64,000 bases of DNA from Eledone cirrhosa (Eukaryota): NCBI GenBank assembly GCA_964016885.1, contig OZ024745.1, positions 134,540,001 through 134,604,000 of the forward strand, read 5' to 3'. The first letter of the stretch is position 1. The number at the start of each line of letters is the position of its first letter. Below, piece by piece: positions 51,356-64,000 of the stretch. Both the position numbers and the translations under genes were made by a program. The notes under the pieces were generated by a model, which was not told where the DNA came from, ran no database searches, and saw nothing but the letters and a program-made list of their open reading frames with translations.

Positions 51356-53896
51356 TTCATGATGGAAAGACGAACAGAAGTTGTTCAAATTTATGGATTC
51401 TATAGTGAAGGTTTGTTTTCATAACTAATATGCAGATATTTTCATTGTTTAAGTAGTAAGGAAATAAGTTTATCTTTTCTCATATTTTTAATGGAAAGAT
51501 TATTTGAAAATAATCAAGAATTTGGAGGATTTAATAATGTTACTTTTTCAATGTGGTCTAACTTAAAGGTAAAAGATCTTGGGAAAATATTTGAACCTTT
51601 TGTTAGCTTATTTCTATTCAAAGACCCTGATGTTCAAATCATTTTTAAAATGAAGAAGAACTTAAAGGGATTCATTAAATTAATTAGTATATAGAATATA
51701 ACTCAACAAAGGTTCTTACATAAATATTTACCCTATTTTTAATGAAAAGCCATTGTTTATTGTTTTTAAATAATTTTTAAAATCAATTATTTGAGACAGG
51801 AATTTAGTAATATAATTAAATTTCTTTTTGGAACATAACTTAATGTTTTTGACATTGTTACCATTAAAGTGTAGCTTAGCAAAAACAATCTTAATACTAT
51901 ATCTTGTTCGAGAGAACATTTTTTTTTTTTTTATCTTTTTATTTTGTAACTCTTAAGAATTCACACATGCTTTGAGTGACTTTCCTAGATATAATTTCTT
52001 CAAGCCTCAGTCAATTGCAACTGAACAAGCATAATATCAATTATTTCTTCATCTGGTATTATGGTAAAGGCACTCAGTGTATAATTTAAATGTATAAAGG
52101 AAAGGAGCCGATCAGCAGGTAGAATCATGAAAACAATGCCACCATTGTTTTTCTCCATTGCTGATACTGTCAGTCGCAACTCTTGACAGAAGGAAGTGGG
52201 ATTTGAATTAAGAAAACGAAGCACTGCATCAGATATCGCAACGCATCCTATTCAACATTTTCTTTGTAAATCTGTTAATCTCCCAGTGTTTGACTGGTAC
52301 TTTATTTACCGACCATAAAAGTATGAAAGGCAAGTTTGGTCTTGGTGAGATTTAAGTGCAATGAACCAGAACTACGAAGGCATTCAGTGCAGTGAGTCCA
52401 GACAGCTAGCAAGGCATTTAATTTAACACCTTAAACCCCTCTGCCAATCTATCATCTATAATTATATGTACAAGTTTTACATGTTTCTAAATCCAAGACA
52501 AATACATATTAAGATTATAAATTGATTTAGGCCTACTGTGTTTATATTTCCACCCCATTGCCTAACTACTTGCTGTGGAGCATGATTGTGTGATGGTGTG
52601 TGGCCTATTGGTTAGGTTGTTGGACTCACAATCATAAGGTTATGGTTTCAATTCCTGGTTCATGTTGCTCTAGTTGACTCATTTTTAAAAAAAAATGAGT
52701 ACCACTAGCAGCTGGGGATTGACCCCTGCACCAGACTGGTGTCCTGGTCTAGAGGAGAGACAGGCCTTTGTCATTAAAACACCCACGAAACCTATGAGAT
52801 GCACCCAAGAAACCTATGAGCTGTAACAACATAGTTATTGCATCTGATGGTTAAACTTACCTACAAACGTGCAATGTTGTTATTGTATTTAAGAATTTTT
52901 AGGGCATTGGACAAAATGCTTCATGGCAGTTAATGACTTTGGAATCTTGATTTCAAATCCTGCTGAAATCAACTTTGCCTTTCACTCCCCTGGGGACAAT
53001 AAATAAAGTACCAGTCAAATACTGGGGTCAATTTAATCAACTTCCCCAAATTTTGCTGGCCTTGTGCCTCAATTAGAAATCATTATTAATGTATGTGTTG
53101 GTTAAACCTACCCACCAATATCGTCAGATTTGATGGATTCTTTTGTCTTTGACAATTCTTCTCACCTTCATTCTAGAAGGCCATTTATTATTGTTTTAGT
53201 TTTTAAAAATTAACTGACCTCTATATTAGGGCTTGGACCAAAAGAGTGCTTGCTGTTAAAGCTGTGTTGAGATGATCACTGGACACTGTCCAGTTTTTGC
53301 ACATAAAAAAATAAATTTGTATTTGCTTTTATTTTCCCCAAGCATTTTGGGTAATTTTGTTCTATTTTAATGCTTAGTGTTGCGCTGTGAAAGATATTCA
53401 ACAGATTGTAAATGTTTCACATCATTTGTGGACCAAATATTGAATGGTCTGTCAACAGCTGCAAACTAGAATTTACCAAGGACAAAAATAAAAGTTGAAA
53501 TTGAAACCTTCATGTTTTTGCTTTTGTTGGTCTTACGTATATTTTCTGATTTGTTGATGTTTCTAGTGCTGCAATGTAATGGGGGTTAGTGTGATGTTGT
53601 GAGGGCTCTTACGAGAGTGGCTGCTCCAGGGTGAAGGAATGACAGGACATTCCACGTGGCAACATGAATTTCTCCCAGAAGATGAAGCTCCTTATCTACA
53701 ATGCATTAATCCTATCCGTTCTCCTCTATGGAACAGAAACATGTCCCCTCAATATGTTGTCCAAGGGAAAGGCAACGGTCAATTTAGCTTGGCACACAAT
53801 CACCACACTCCACACAATACTACTACACCACAACACCTCCACCCAACATCTCCACAACACCATAGGGAGAACATCCTTCATTATTTTTAATGAATA

Positions 53897-54079
53897 AAGG
53901 TGAATTGGCAGTATCAGTAGAGGGTTGGACGCCATGCTGTCTAGCATAGTTACGTCCCTTTACAATCTGAGTTCAAATCCCGCCGAGGTTAACTTTGCCT
54001 TTCATCCTTACGGGGTCGATAAAATAAAGTACCAGTAATGTACTGGGTAATTGCTGGCCTTGTGCCTAAAGTAGAAACA
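53897..54079 (+). mobile_element. SINE family A with 17-bp TSD
   Basis: attatttttaatgaata at 53880-53896 and 54080-54096. Confidence 0.85.
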
Positions 54080-54123
54080 ATTATTTTTAATGAATATTTG
54101 GCAGAATTTGCAGCCATCATATA

Positions 54124-54167
<44 letters not shown>

Positions 54168-54533
54168 AGCTTATACCACTATTGGCCACGAAAGGTTTCT
54201 CTTTAAAAATGAAAGGCAGATGATGCCTGCATATGAACAGCTTTGTTACATGGCAGTGAGACATGGGCATTGTGTGCATAGAATCTGCTCAGACTGGAGA
54301 GGAACGAAGCATGCATGCTCCGCTGGATGTGTAATAGTAATATACATGAACTAAGTGAGAATATAAGAACCGTAGAGCAAATATTTATTAAAATAACAGA
54401 TTAAAGTTTAAGCAAAGAATTGCTGCTTTTACCCTTAATGGGATCTTCTGAAACTAAAAAAGTCAATCTGTGAACGCAGAAGTAAATATTTCAAAAAACG
54501 TTGCAACCGAAGGAAGACAGGAAGACGACACTT

Positions 54534-54812
54534 TGGTTCGTGGAAACGTTCTCTGGCAAAGAACGAAAAAAAACGAAGACAATACGTCATTATTTGGTGC
54601 GGTGAAAACAATTACACGCAAAGACAAAACCACATTTATGGTATAAATGAAGTCATAGACTAATATTCTATGAGGTGGTTCATGGAGACGTTTTCTGGCA
54701 ATGAACGAAAAAAACGAAGATAATACGTCATTATGTGGAGTGGTGAGAACAATTACACGCAAAGACAAAACCACGTAAATGGTATAACTGAAGTCGTAGT
54801 CTAAAATTCTAT
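54534..54812. repeat. Two-copy tandem repeat, period about 142 bp
   Basis: tggttc.tgga.acgtt.tctggcaa...acaattacacgcaaagacaaaaccac...ttctat twice. Confidence 0.88.
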
Positions 54813-54937
54813 TTAGGAAATGGAATGATTCTCGGCTTCAGAGTTAAGAATAAAGTAAATAAAATACAGAGGTAATTGAAATTAAATATATACATACACG
54901 CATCCATATACGTACGGTGTGGTGGTGTTGTTGATAT

Positions 54938-55140
54938 GAAGGAGGTTGCTTAGTGGTGAGAGAGTTGCGAGTTCTATTCTCGGACTGGGTGATGTGTTGT
55001 GCCCTTGAGCAAGACACTTTATTTCACATTGCTCCATTTGCCAGGAGTTGCGACTGGTAGATAGTATCAACAATGGAAACATTGTTTCCTTGGTCCAATC
55101 CACTGATATCACCAGTTCAAACCCTACCAGAACTAACATT
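54938..55140 (+). mobile_element. SINE with family-B head and a different body
   Basis: Head as at 12976; body matches reverse complement of 59335-59550. Confidence 0.75.
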
Positions 55141-55852
55141 CCTTCTTTATAGTGTAACTAATCCAGTAATACACTGGAGTCTGTGTTAATTATGTATTAT
55201 TTATCCTATTTTGTCAAATAAACTTTTTGTTTTTCAGCAATTATTTTAATTTTTTTTATAATTAAAAAAAAAAAACATTTAAAAAAAATAATTTTTTACA
55301 ATGATTAAATTTTACGATGAAAATTGCCTTCCATTCGTCTGTGATCGATAAACGATAATTAGTATTGTATGGGGTGGTGGGGTTGATTGTAATTGACAAT
55401 ATAATCTACCAGAGGTAATTGGTAATTAAAAAAAAAAAAGGTTTCACGTCTCCCAACCAAGACCCTGCTTGAAATATATTTTAGTACCAGTTATATGGTG
55501 AGGGAGATAGTCTCTTACCTATATCACCCCACCACCACCGTGCATTGATGTAATAAAACTTTTTATCACTTTCTATGGAAATAATAATAATAAACCCCAA
55601 AAAGAAAATATATTTTGTTTGTTGTTGTTTATTCTATTCAGAGGTGTTGGTCACTTCTGGACGGACTGTGTGTGAGTGTTGATACAGTTGATATTCGATG
55701 TTAATGAGACCAATTTTGAGCCTATTACTGATGAAATAGGAAATCATAATGGAACCTTCCATAAAGACTCTTCTTCAGAAATTGTAAGATTCCTGATTCT
55801 AGAGCCCCCACACCCTCGGGATGAATCGCTGTCGGTTGAAATTCTTTATATA

Positions 55853-56233
55853 TGGATTGGCAGTATCGGTAGAGGGTCAGACACCATGCTTTCCAGCATA
55901 GTTACGTCCCTTTACGATCTGAGTTCAAATCCCGCCGAGGTTGACTTTGCCTTTCATCCTTACGGGGTCGATAAAATAAAGTACCAGTAATGCACTGGGT
56001 AATTGCTGGCCTTGTTCCTAAAGTAGAAACAATTATTCTTTATATATATGAACGGTGGATTGGCAGTATCGTTAGAGGGTCGGACGCCATGATTTGAAGC
56101 ATAGAGTTACCTCCCTTTATGATCTGAGTTCAAATGCCGCCGAGGTTAACTTTGCCTTTCATCCTTACAGGATCGATAAAATAAAGTACAATACACTGGG
56201 ATAATTGCTGGCCTTGTGCCAAAAGTAGAAACA
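55853..56233 (+). mobile_element. Two head-to-tail SINE family A copies
   Basis: Copies 55853-56031 and 56052-56233, bounded and separated by attctttatatat. Confidence 0.85.
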
Positions 56234-56341
56234 ATTATTCTTTATATATATAAAGATAGAGACAGAAATGTATATATATAACAGCAACCATTCTCTCTCT
56301 GCCTCTTTCTCTTTTAGTCTCTGTCTCTCTCTTCCATACAT

Positions 56342-56373
<32 letters not shown>

Positions 56374-57094
56374 CCATACACTTACATAAGGTAAAGAAAT
56401 TCAACATTGCGGCTCTTTCTAATATATGAAAAGAAAGGCAATGTTTTAACTGACAAGTAATTAGATAGATAAATAGATACAACGTCGCGCACTCATATTA
56501 TGTGTCTGTATGGCTGGCTGTCTGAATACGTAAATAAAACACACTCACAAAGGGAGAGAACCAAATGGTAAAATATAGTTATTTCCCTTGGAATTATAAT
56601 TTTTTTTACTAGAATTTTCATTTGTAGTTATTTACGTGAGTAGGGTTAGGGTATCTCTCATATATATGAGAGAGAGAGACATAAATATATGTATTGCTTA
56701 GATACATAGACTGCATTCCTTTCTCTCTGCCAAAGTGAAATTCTAATCGACACAAATCTTGGATTTTTACCGGAGTTAACTCATTACCTTCATCAACAAC
56801 ACCTGTAAAAGGTAAGTACATATATTTAGACGTGATTATTTTTCAATTTTCTCGTTTACGGGATTTATTTTAGGTCTCTTAGATATTTCCGACGAGACAC
56901 GTGTTTGTCGTAACAGGATATAGAAAGCTAATTAAGTAATTTTATTTTTAAGAGTATATATATTTGTTATTGTTTCTGTTTTTTATATATCGATATATCT
57001 GCTAGCATGTGTAGTGTGCAAATATATATATATGTAAATATATATAAGCAAATATATATATATGTAAATTGAAAAGTAAATTGACAATATCTTT

Positions 57095-57760
57095 TTCTTC
57101 GCCCACTTATTTCTGATACGGTCGTGGGGGCAGAGTCCTTCTCAAACACTCTTCCAGCGAGTCTGTCAGTAGCAAACCTCTCTAACTGATGCAGCTGGAT
57201 CCCAAAGCGTGACCAGCTAAGCTCATGGATGTTATCCAACTATCTTGCTCAGGGTCTACCTCTGAGTCTCTTGACGGTTGGTTTTGCCTGTAAAAATGTG
57301 TCCAGCGATTCTTTACTGAGACATTCTAACCACATACTCATAATATCAGAGTTGGGATATCTCAATTCAGAGAATTAGTAGCTCTACCAGGAGTGACTCT
57401 GTTCTCTGGGTTATGCACTTTATCGAGTAACGTTACTCCAAAGAACCTTCGGAGGAATCCCATTTCTGCCACATTTATTTGCAATTGTATTCTTTTGGTC
57501 ATTACTCCAGATTCATGATCCTCGGTAAGAGTTGGCAGGAGTACCAGGAAGACATCGAGTTTGGCTTTTACACCTACCCCCTTTCTTCTGATTGCTGAAT
57601 GCTGAGGCTGGTGCATTACTGCATCAGCTTTTGCAGTTCTTGCACTTAATTTAGCATCCTGCATTCCATCACTCATGAACACAGCTCCAAGATACTTGAA
57701 CCTCTCTACCTGCTTCAGTAGAACTTCATTCACATGTATATAAATTTGAGGGACTTCTGT
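57095..57760 (-). mobile_element. RTE LINE 3' fragment (second family, no PHD insert seen)
   Basis: ORF 57362..57853: QVERFKYLG, AEMGFLRR; ORF 56967..57239: DNIHELSWSRFGI. Confidence 0.8.
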
Positions 57761-57899
57761 CCACCCGTCCATCACACAATGTGTATGTGTGTAAAAGGAA
57801 GGAAAGGGATACACACATATGTCTAACTTAAAAACAGTGACACACACACACACGTGTCTCTAATTTAAGAACGCCGACAAACTCGCACGTTCACATACA

Positions 57900-58590
57900 C
57901 ACACTGTCCTATTACCACTCATGGCCCGGGGATACATCCCCTCAATTTTGAAACCGTCTGGGTTGTCCAGAATTGATGGGAAAAGACTTCACGGTCTTAC
58001 TCTGTGCTCCTGGTCAAGAGGCAGGTGCCTTACCTGGGACATCACAGTTAGTGATTCTTTTGCTTCTTCCAACATTCTGGATGCAGCGGTAAGGGCGAGA
58101 GCTACAGCATCCGCAGCTGAATGGAACAAAATCCTAAAATACCGTGTTCTGTCAGCTAACTACAATATCCAGCCTGTGGCGTTCTAGACGTTTGGGGGAG
58201 TCGGGCTACTGACAGCGAGCTTATCTTCACTGGTGGCTCACCAAACAGAGGTAACTGGTGATTCTCGTGAGGGCACTTGGTTATTCCAGCACCTCAGCCT
58301 CGCCATTACTCCAGGTAACGCTGCGAGCGTGCTGGCCTGCCAAAAATATTATTAGAGAGGCTTCCCAGTGCTCCTCGCTCTATTGCTGTCTTTTGCTCTG
58401 GTAGCAGCACGTTTTCCATTCTTTCGTCTGCATATTGTTCTATGGTCTAAGATGTGGGTATTACCTGCTTGTGTATTTTTCTCTCTCTTTCCCTTTCCTT
58501 CGTATATATTATATTTGTTTGTGTTTTCCTTCTAATTATATTAAATGTTTATAAAAATGAGTTAAACTGTGTTGTTAATAAATAAATAAA
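57900..58590 (+). mobile_element. CRE-like non-LTR retrotransposon 3' end (restriction-like endonuclease)
   Basis: GLSRIDGKRLHGLTLCSWSRGRCLTWDIT, KILKY, PVAF*TFG, LFQHLSLAITPGNAASVL; ends in (AATA)n. Confidence 0.8.
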
Positions 58591-59334
58591 ACGTTATACT
58601 TGTTTTGCCCTCCCATTTTTAATTCACTGAACAATATCATGACTGTATGTGTGTGTTTGTGTAAATGTATGTCTGTGAGGGTGTATTTTTATAAGGGGTT
58701 GTTCTTCTTCTCTATTTCTTTCTCACTTCTTCTCTCTCCTTGTCTGGAAGAAATCAACTGTTGAAACCTGATCAGTGAAGGGCTCCACCAAGCTTCAAAT
58801 GTCCACAGTGGCACCCTTATGACTACATCATAAAAAAAACAAAAACAAATGATCGATGTGTTTATATGTGTTTATTTTATAAACTGTAACTGATTTATAT
58901 TTCTGAAAAAATATCCACACGTGTAAATAAAAACAATTTTATAACTTTAATATTTGTTGGATGGTACTTTCATGACAGTTCAAATGATTTAAATTTTTTT
59001 TAAATCACATTTGAAAATACTTTACAACTTTCTTTTCTTTTTCTTCACCCATTTATTTCTGAGAGGGTTGTAGAGGGTAGACTCCTCACACACCCCTTCT
59101 AGGTCCTATGTAGGTTCCATTGTGGTGTACATTTCCTCTATACACTTCACGCTCACACACACCACATCACTACACCACAATACAACCCCATCCCACACAA
59201 CAGACACACACCACATCCAATACACACATCACAACACATACAAACCAGTTAGTTATACCAACCCAGAATCTTGATTTTAGTGATTTCTTTTTTTTTTGTA
59301 ACAAATCTCAACATCTCAGACCTTACTTACCAAG

Positions 59335-59550
59335 CGGAGTGGAACTCATCAGATTGGACCAAAGAAACAATGTTTCCATTGGTCTTTCCAATTGATGATA
59401 CAATCTACCAGTTGTAACTCCTGGCAGATAGAGCAAGGTGAAATAAAGTGTCTTGCTGAAGGACTTAACACATCACCTAGTCTAGGAATTGAACTCAGAA
59501 CCTCATGGTTGTCAATCCAACTCTCTTACCACTAAGCTACATGTCTTCCT
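59335..59550 (-). mobile_element. SINE with family-B head and a different body
   Basis: Inverted match to 54938-55140. Confidence 0.72.
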
Positions 59551-59948
59551 ACGTTTTAGTGATAGTGGACAGTAAATGGTGATGATGGTCATTTTATTTG
59601 ATAGATTGACCAGTTGATCATTTCAGTGGTGTATTATTGCCTTTGTTTTCACAGGGTCCCTTGAAGTCATGAGTAAAAGGTAATAGTGTATTGGTTAGGA
59701 TGTTGGACTCAATGATAGATTTGTGAGTTCAATTCCTGGGCTGTCAGCATGTGTTGTACAATAAGACAATATATTTCATGTTGCTTCAGTCCAATCAGCT
59801 GTAAAAAAAACTTAGTTGTGACAACTCTTGTTCCAAGTTATATCGGCCTTTGACTTTCCTTTGGACAACAACATATAGTCTATATATATTCTGTGCACTG
59901 AATATACATCATATAGTCTATATATATTGTGTGTACTGTATATATATA

Positions 59949-60013
<65 letters not shown>

Positions 60014-60189
60014 CATGGTATGTATTGCTCTTTAGTTCTTAGTGCAGATTGTTTCATCCGGAATATATGACAACTAATTGTTTCCAGTGATTTCATTTCG
60101 TGACAGCTTGTTGACATCCATGCCAGCTGATGTTGACAGTTTGTGGGTCATTTTGGAATGTGTTCCACCAGGTCATCTTCGGCTAACCT

Positions 60190-60769
60190 CCTGAACCGAA
60201 AAGGCGGAAATTTGAGCGAAAAGGTGGTATTTTCGAATATTTAAGCGGCTGCCACGCCGTTCCCGAAGAAAATATCATATCCAAAATGTAAAGCCACTTT
60301 AAGACGTGAAATAATCAGATCTAGCGTAGTGTAAAATTTGAACAAAGTAGGTTGATTAATGCGGTAGCTAGAGCCGAAAAAGTGGAAATTTGAGTCTAAA
60401 AGTGGTATATTTTAATATTTAAGCGGCTGACACGCCGTCCCTGAACAACAAATGCAAAATATAAAGCCATTACAGGATGTGCAATGATAAATTCTATTTT
60501 GCTTTAAAATTTGAACGAAATCGGTGGCAAAATGTGGGAGTTAGAGCCAAAAATCGTATTTTTCGATACCTAAAAAAAAGGTGACCCCCCCCCTATAGAT
60601 TTTATCTGCAGAATGACCCCGGAATGAAAAAAAAACGATACGCTGATATATAGAAAACACTCCCCGATGACTAATCTATGAGCCTGTAAAGTTTCACGAA
60701 AATCGGTCGTAAGATGTAGGCCCCTATAGGTAATACACACACACACACATAATGTTATATATATACAGA
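60190..60769 (-). mobile_element. Helitron/HINE-like element with about 178-bp internal tandem repeats
   Basis: Minus-strand start TCTGTATATAT..(GT)n; duplicated block gaaatttgag...tatttaagcggctg.cacgccgt; far end not found. Confidence 0.5.
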
Positions 60770-61354
60770 TAAATGTGTCTATATATATATCTTCTTCATT
60801 TGGTTATTATGGCTCTAGATATTGTCTATTGAGCTTCCTTATTGAGAAACACAAAATCCTAAACATATTTGATGTTTTGATTCATTGTTTGTATATATAT
60901 ATATATATATTTGTATATATATATGGATCTCAAGAATTTTACCCGCCATATATATATCTATATACACACACTATATACATCGTGCAATGTAAAGTCTGAA
61001 ACAGCTTGTTACCAGTAACGTCACAGCTCATCATCATCATTTAACACCCACTTTCCTTGCTAGCAAGGATTGGTCAGGTCTTCACAAACCAGAGTGGAGT
61101 CAGGGTCCACATCTCGTTTACATACTGTCCCACATTCTCCTGAGTGTATTGTATTGTGGCACCATTACTTCAGATGTTGTCATGTCTTCAACACAACTGA
61201 ACGGTCCTCCCATCTTTTTGTTTGGCAAATTTTCTGTGGCTGGGTTCCCTTCCTATCACCAACAACTTAACATCTTACACTAGGAGTATTTATGTAGATC
61301 CTAAGACTATGGAGGTTGTCATATCCTTAACACAACTGAAGGGTCCTCAAACAC

Positions 61355-61730
61355 CTTCTTTGGTAAGCTTTCTATGTCTTGGGTAACAGTCTCCAGTGCG
61401 GTATTGATTCTCTGTTTGAGCTCCATCTCCCGTTTGCAGGAAGAGGGAGGACATAGACCAGGCCTTTCACACAGCCCCAGAGAAAAAAATCGCAAGGTGT
61501 CAGGTGAGGTGAGCATGGCGGCCATTTCAACAGCACATTGTCTTCATCACCAGCATGCCCGATCCATATCCCTCGCAGATTGTCATTGAGATAAGCCTGC
61601 ACAGTGAGCTTCCAGTGAGGTGGAGCCACGTCCTGTTGAAAAATGAAGTCTTCATGTTCATTTGCAATGAGCTGATCCATTAGCCAGTTCTGAAGCATTT
61701 GCAGATAAACATGGCCGGTGACTTGCTATT
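61355..61730 (-). mobile_element. Tc1/mariner (DD41D/rosa-like) transposase C-terminal relic
   Basis: ORF 61372..61698 FQQDVAPPH...WIG...WPPCSPHLTPCDFFLWG. Confidence 0.82.
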
Positions 61731-62689
61731 CCTATGAAATGTGGCCTCATCACTTTGAGTGAATGCCATTTCTATACCTGAAAAGATAAACATATGAAAC
61801 ATTTAACATGTAATTATGACCTGTTTCTACACATGCTGTTAAAATTTGAAGTCATTTGAACGGGAACTGGCAAAGTTATTAGAGTGCGAAATGATATCAA
61901 ATTTGTTTCTTTATATTATCACCGTTTCCGTTTAACGACAATTTTTCTATGCTTGCATGGGTTGGACGGGTCGTCTGGCCAGGGTTGTTTGTGTCACACG
62001 TTGCTCCGTTCGGTTGTAGGTGTCTAAACAGCCGGAGCTCAGCCGTCGGGGTCTTGACTCTGTTCCTTATGACCCTCTATACGACCGTAAATATCGAGTA
62101 CTCCGGTGCGGTATGGTCCACGTGGTATGATGTATATATAATACATATTCTCTTACCTAGATAACCTAAACCTATAACATGTTTTGCAATAGTTTCCTAT
62201 CTGATTAGCATTAGGTTCGATCCTACATTTTAATTTTCAACCCTCTAGCCTTATGGCGCCAATTTAAGTTGTTTTTAAGGTCAGGCAGGTCAGAAATGTT
62301 TTATCATTGTTATTACTGTTTAACTGAGACTTTTTGAAACGAACCTGCACCCACCCTCCATTTACTCAAGCCGACATGACTTAGCCTTGATGAAATAAAT
62401 AAACGATACGAAAGAAAATACACAACCGTGGTGAGACGTGTACACAGATACATATATTTTCCGACACCATCGGCAATTTTCAACAACAACAACACCACCA
62501 CCATGATGGTAGTTTTGGTGGTGGTGGTGTTGTTTATGTTGATGGTATGGTGGTGATGTTACACACACTCACATACATACTACAACTGCAAAAATTAAGA
62601 AACGGGAAGAGGAGGGTGGTAGGAAAAACTAGTGTCGCAAAAGAGAGGGTAGAGGTGAAGGGAGAGGATGATGGGGCTTCGGGCGTAGA

Positions 62690-63275
62690 GGCCTAAGAGC
62701 CGTGCCTCTCGGACAATGGCCAGCGACACCCGCTGCAACAGCCAGCCAACAACGTTCCGACGTTGTTTTGGAGCTCGGCTGTACGGGGTCGAAGTACGAG
62801 TGAGGTGTCGGCGGTGGTGACCTTCCCTCGTATTTGTTTATTTTCCGTTATTTTTTTTTTTTTGTGAGGCTGGCGGAGAACGTGTCACAAGATGTGGTGT
62901 CACCATCTCCACAGAGTCGGGCCGCTGACTGCGAGGTTCCTCTCTTCACTGGCGGCTCGCCTAATAGAGGTAACTGGCGAGGGCGCTTGTTTCTTCCAGC
63001 ACCTCAGCCTCGCCATCACTCGAGCTAACACTGCCAGTGTGCTGGCTTGCCTCAAATTTTTTTAGAGAGGTTGCCCAGTACCCTTGGCTGCTGTCTTTTG
63101 CTCTGGTGTTGGCTCCGTTTTGCACCCCTTCAATTTATACTGTTACTTAAGCATTTGTAGTGTTATGTATATATTTAAAACATATTTATGTTATTCTACT
63201 GTAAATTTATTTATATGCTTTGTATATATCATATGTGTTTATATTTTCACTCCCATTTGTAACGTTATTTAATAT
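62690..63275 (+). mobile_element. Second CRE-like copy, apparently internally deleted
   Basis: 62915-63130 aligns to 58198-58420; preceded by a GC-rich non-coding block. Confidence 0.65.
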
Positions 63276-63280
63276 ATAAT

Positions 63281-63337
63281 AATTGTTTCTACTTTTGGCA
63301 CAAGGCCGGCAAATATTCAGTGTATTACTGGTACTTT
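63281..63337 (-). mobile_element. SINE family A 3' fragment with TSD
   Basis: ttatttaatatataataa on both sides. Confidence 0.7.
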
Positions 63338-63537
63338 ATTTAATATATAATAACATTTCAAATTGTAAGATGTAAATAATTGTTCCAAATGTATTTAGTT
63401 GATAACAAACTATCAAATTTCTTTTATTCACAGTTGTATAAATAACATTAGAAATCGTTTGCAATTCTTTCAGAATGAAAATATAAACAGAGCATATAAA
63501 TAAATTTACAGTAGAATAACAAATATGTTTTAAATAC

Positions 63538-63610
63538 AGTGATACCTTGAGATACGAGTGAACCGACATACGAGTTTTTTTTTAGATACGAGCTAGCGCG
63601 TGCCTGAGAG
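63538..63610. mobile_element. Possible Tigger/pogo-type terminal repeat
   Basis: TA|CAGTGATACCTTGAGATACGAG with internal ATACGAG repeats; partner TIR not seen. Confidence 0.4.
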
Positions 63611-64000
63611 GGGTGCAGAATTAATTTCACCCGGTGAACCCCAACCAAAGTTACACCCGTCGTTTATATCCGTAAAGTGACTAAAGATTAAAACAAATGT
63701 AATATATTTACGGTTAGGGTTGAGGCAATACTTGGTTTTAGTGTCTTAAATTATCATCGACATTCAGTTATTAGCTCCACGCACTACACGACACGTCATC
63801 AGCTGCTGCTGCTTGATTTTTACATGTTAATTTTACACGAAAAAACATTGAATTTTTAGAATAAATATTTATTAAAATATTAACAGAGAAAATTAGATTT
63901 TTGATTTAATTTTTTAACAAAATAAATATTTATTTACAGTTTTTCACAGAAAAACTATGCTTCATTTTTACATGAATATTTATTTACAGTTTTTAACAGA

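Overview
AT-rich, repeat-dense animal genomic DNA, most likely an octopus or related coleoid cephalopod (inferred from the [10 protein letters not shown]-type tandem C2H2 fingers and the SINE/RTE repertoire). Host genes: (1) a C2H2 zinc-finger gene whose 11-finger ORF (11143-12168) lies in one exon and is followed by about 8-9 decayed fingers; (2) 20 spliced exons (23007-48974, +) of exportin-T (XPOT). The XPOT copy lacks visible N-terminal exons and carries an in-frame TGA and two frame disruptions, so it is probably a young duplicated pseudogene, or is partly mis-assembled. The rest is nested mobile DNA: a decayed Ty3/Gypsy element with both LTRs; many RTE LINE copies whose RT carries an inserted PHD finger; two Penelope-like elements, one with a variant-core minimal hammerhead ribozyme; a CR1/L2-like LINE front half; CRE-like RLE LINE ends; tRNA-derived SINEs; a piggyBac relic with its MITEs; non-autonomous Helitrons; Merlin, mariner and Tc1 relics; a 41-bp minisatellite rich in TGACGTCA; and long (TA)n arrays. 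All calls are by eye and from remembered family motifs; no database searches were run.
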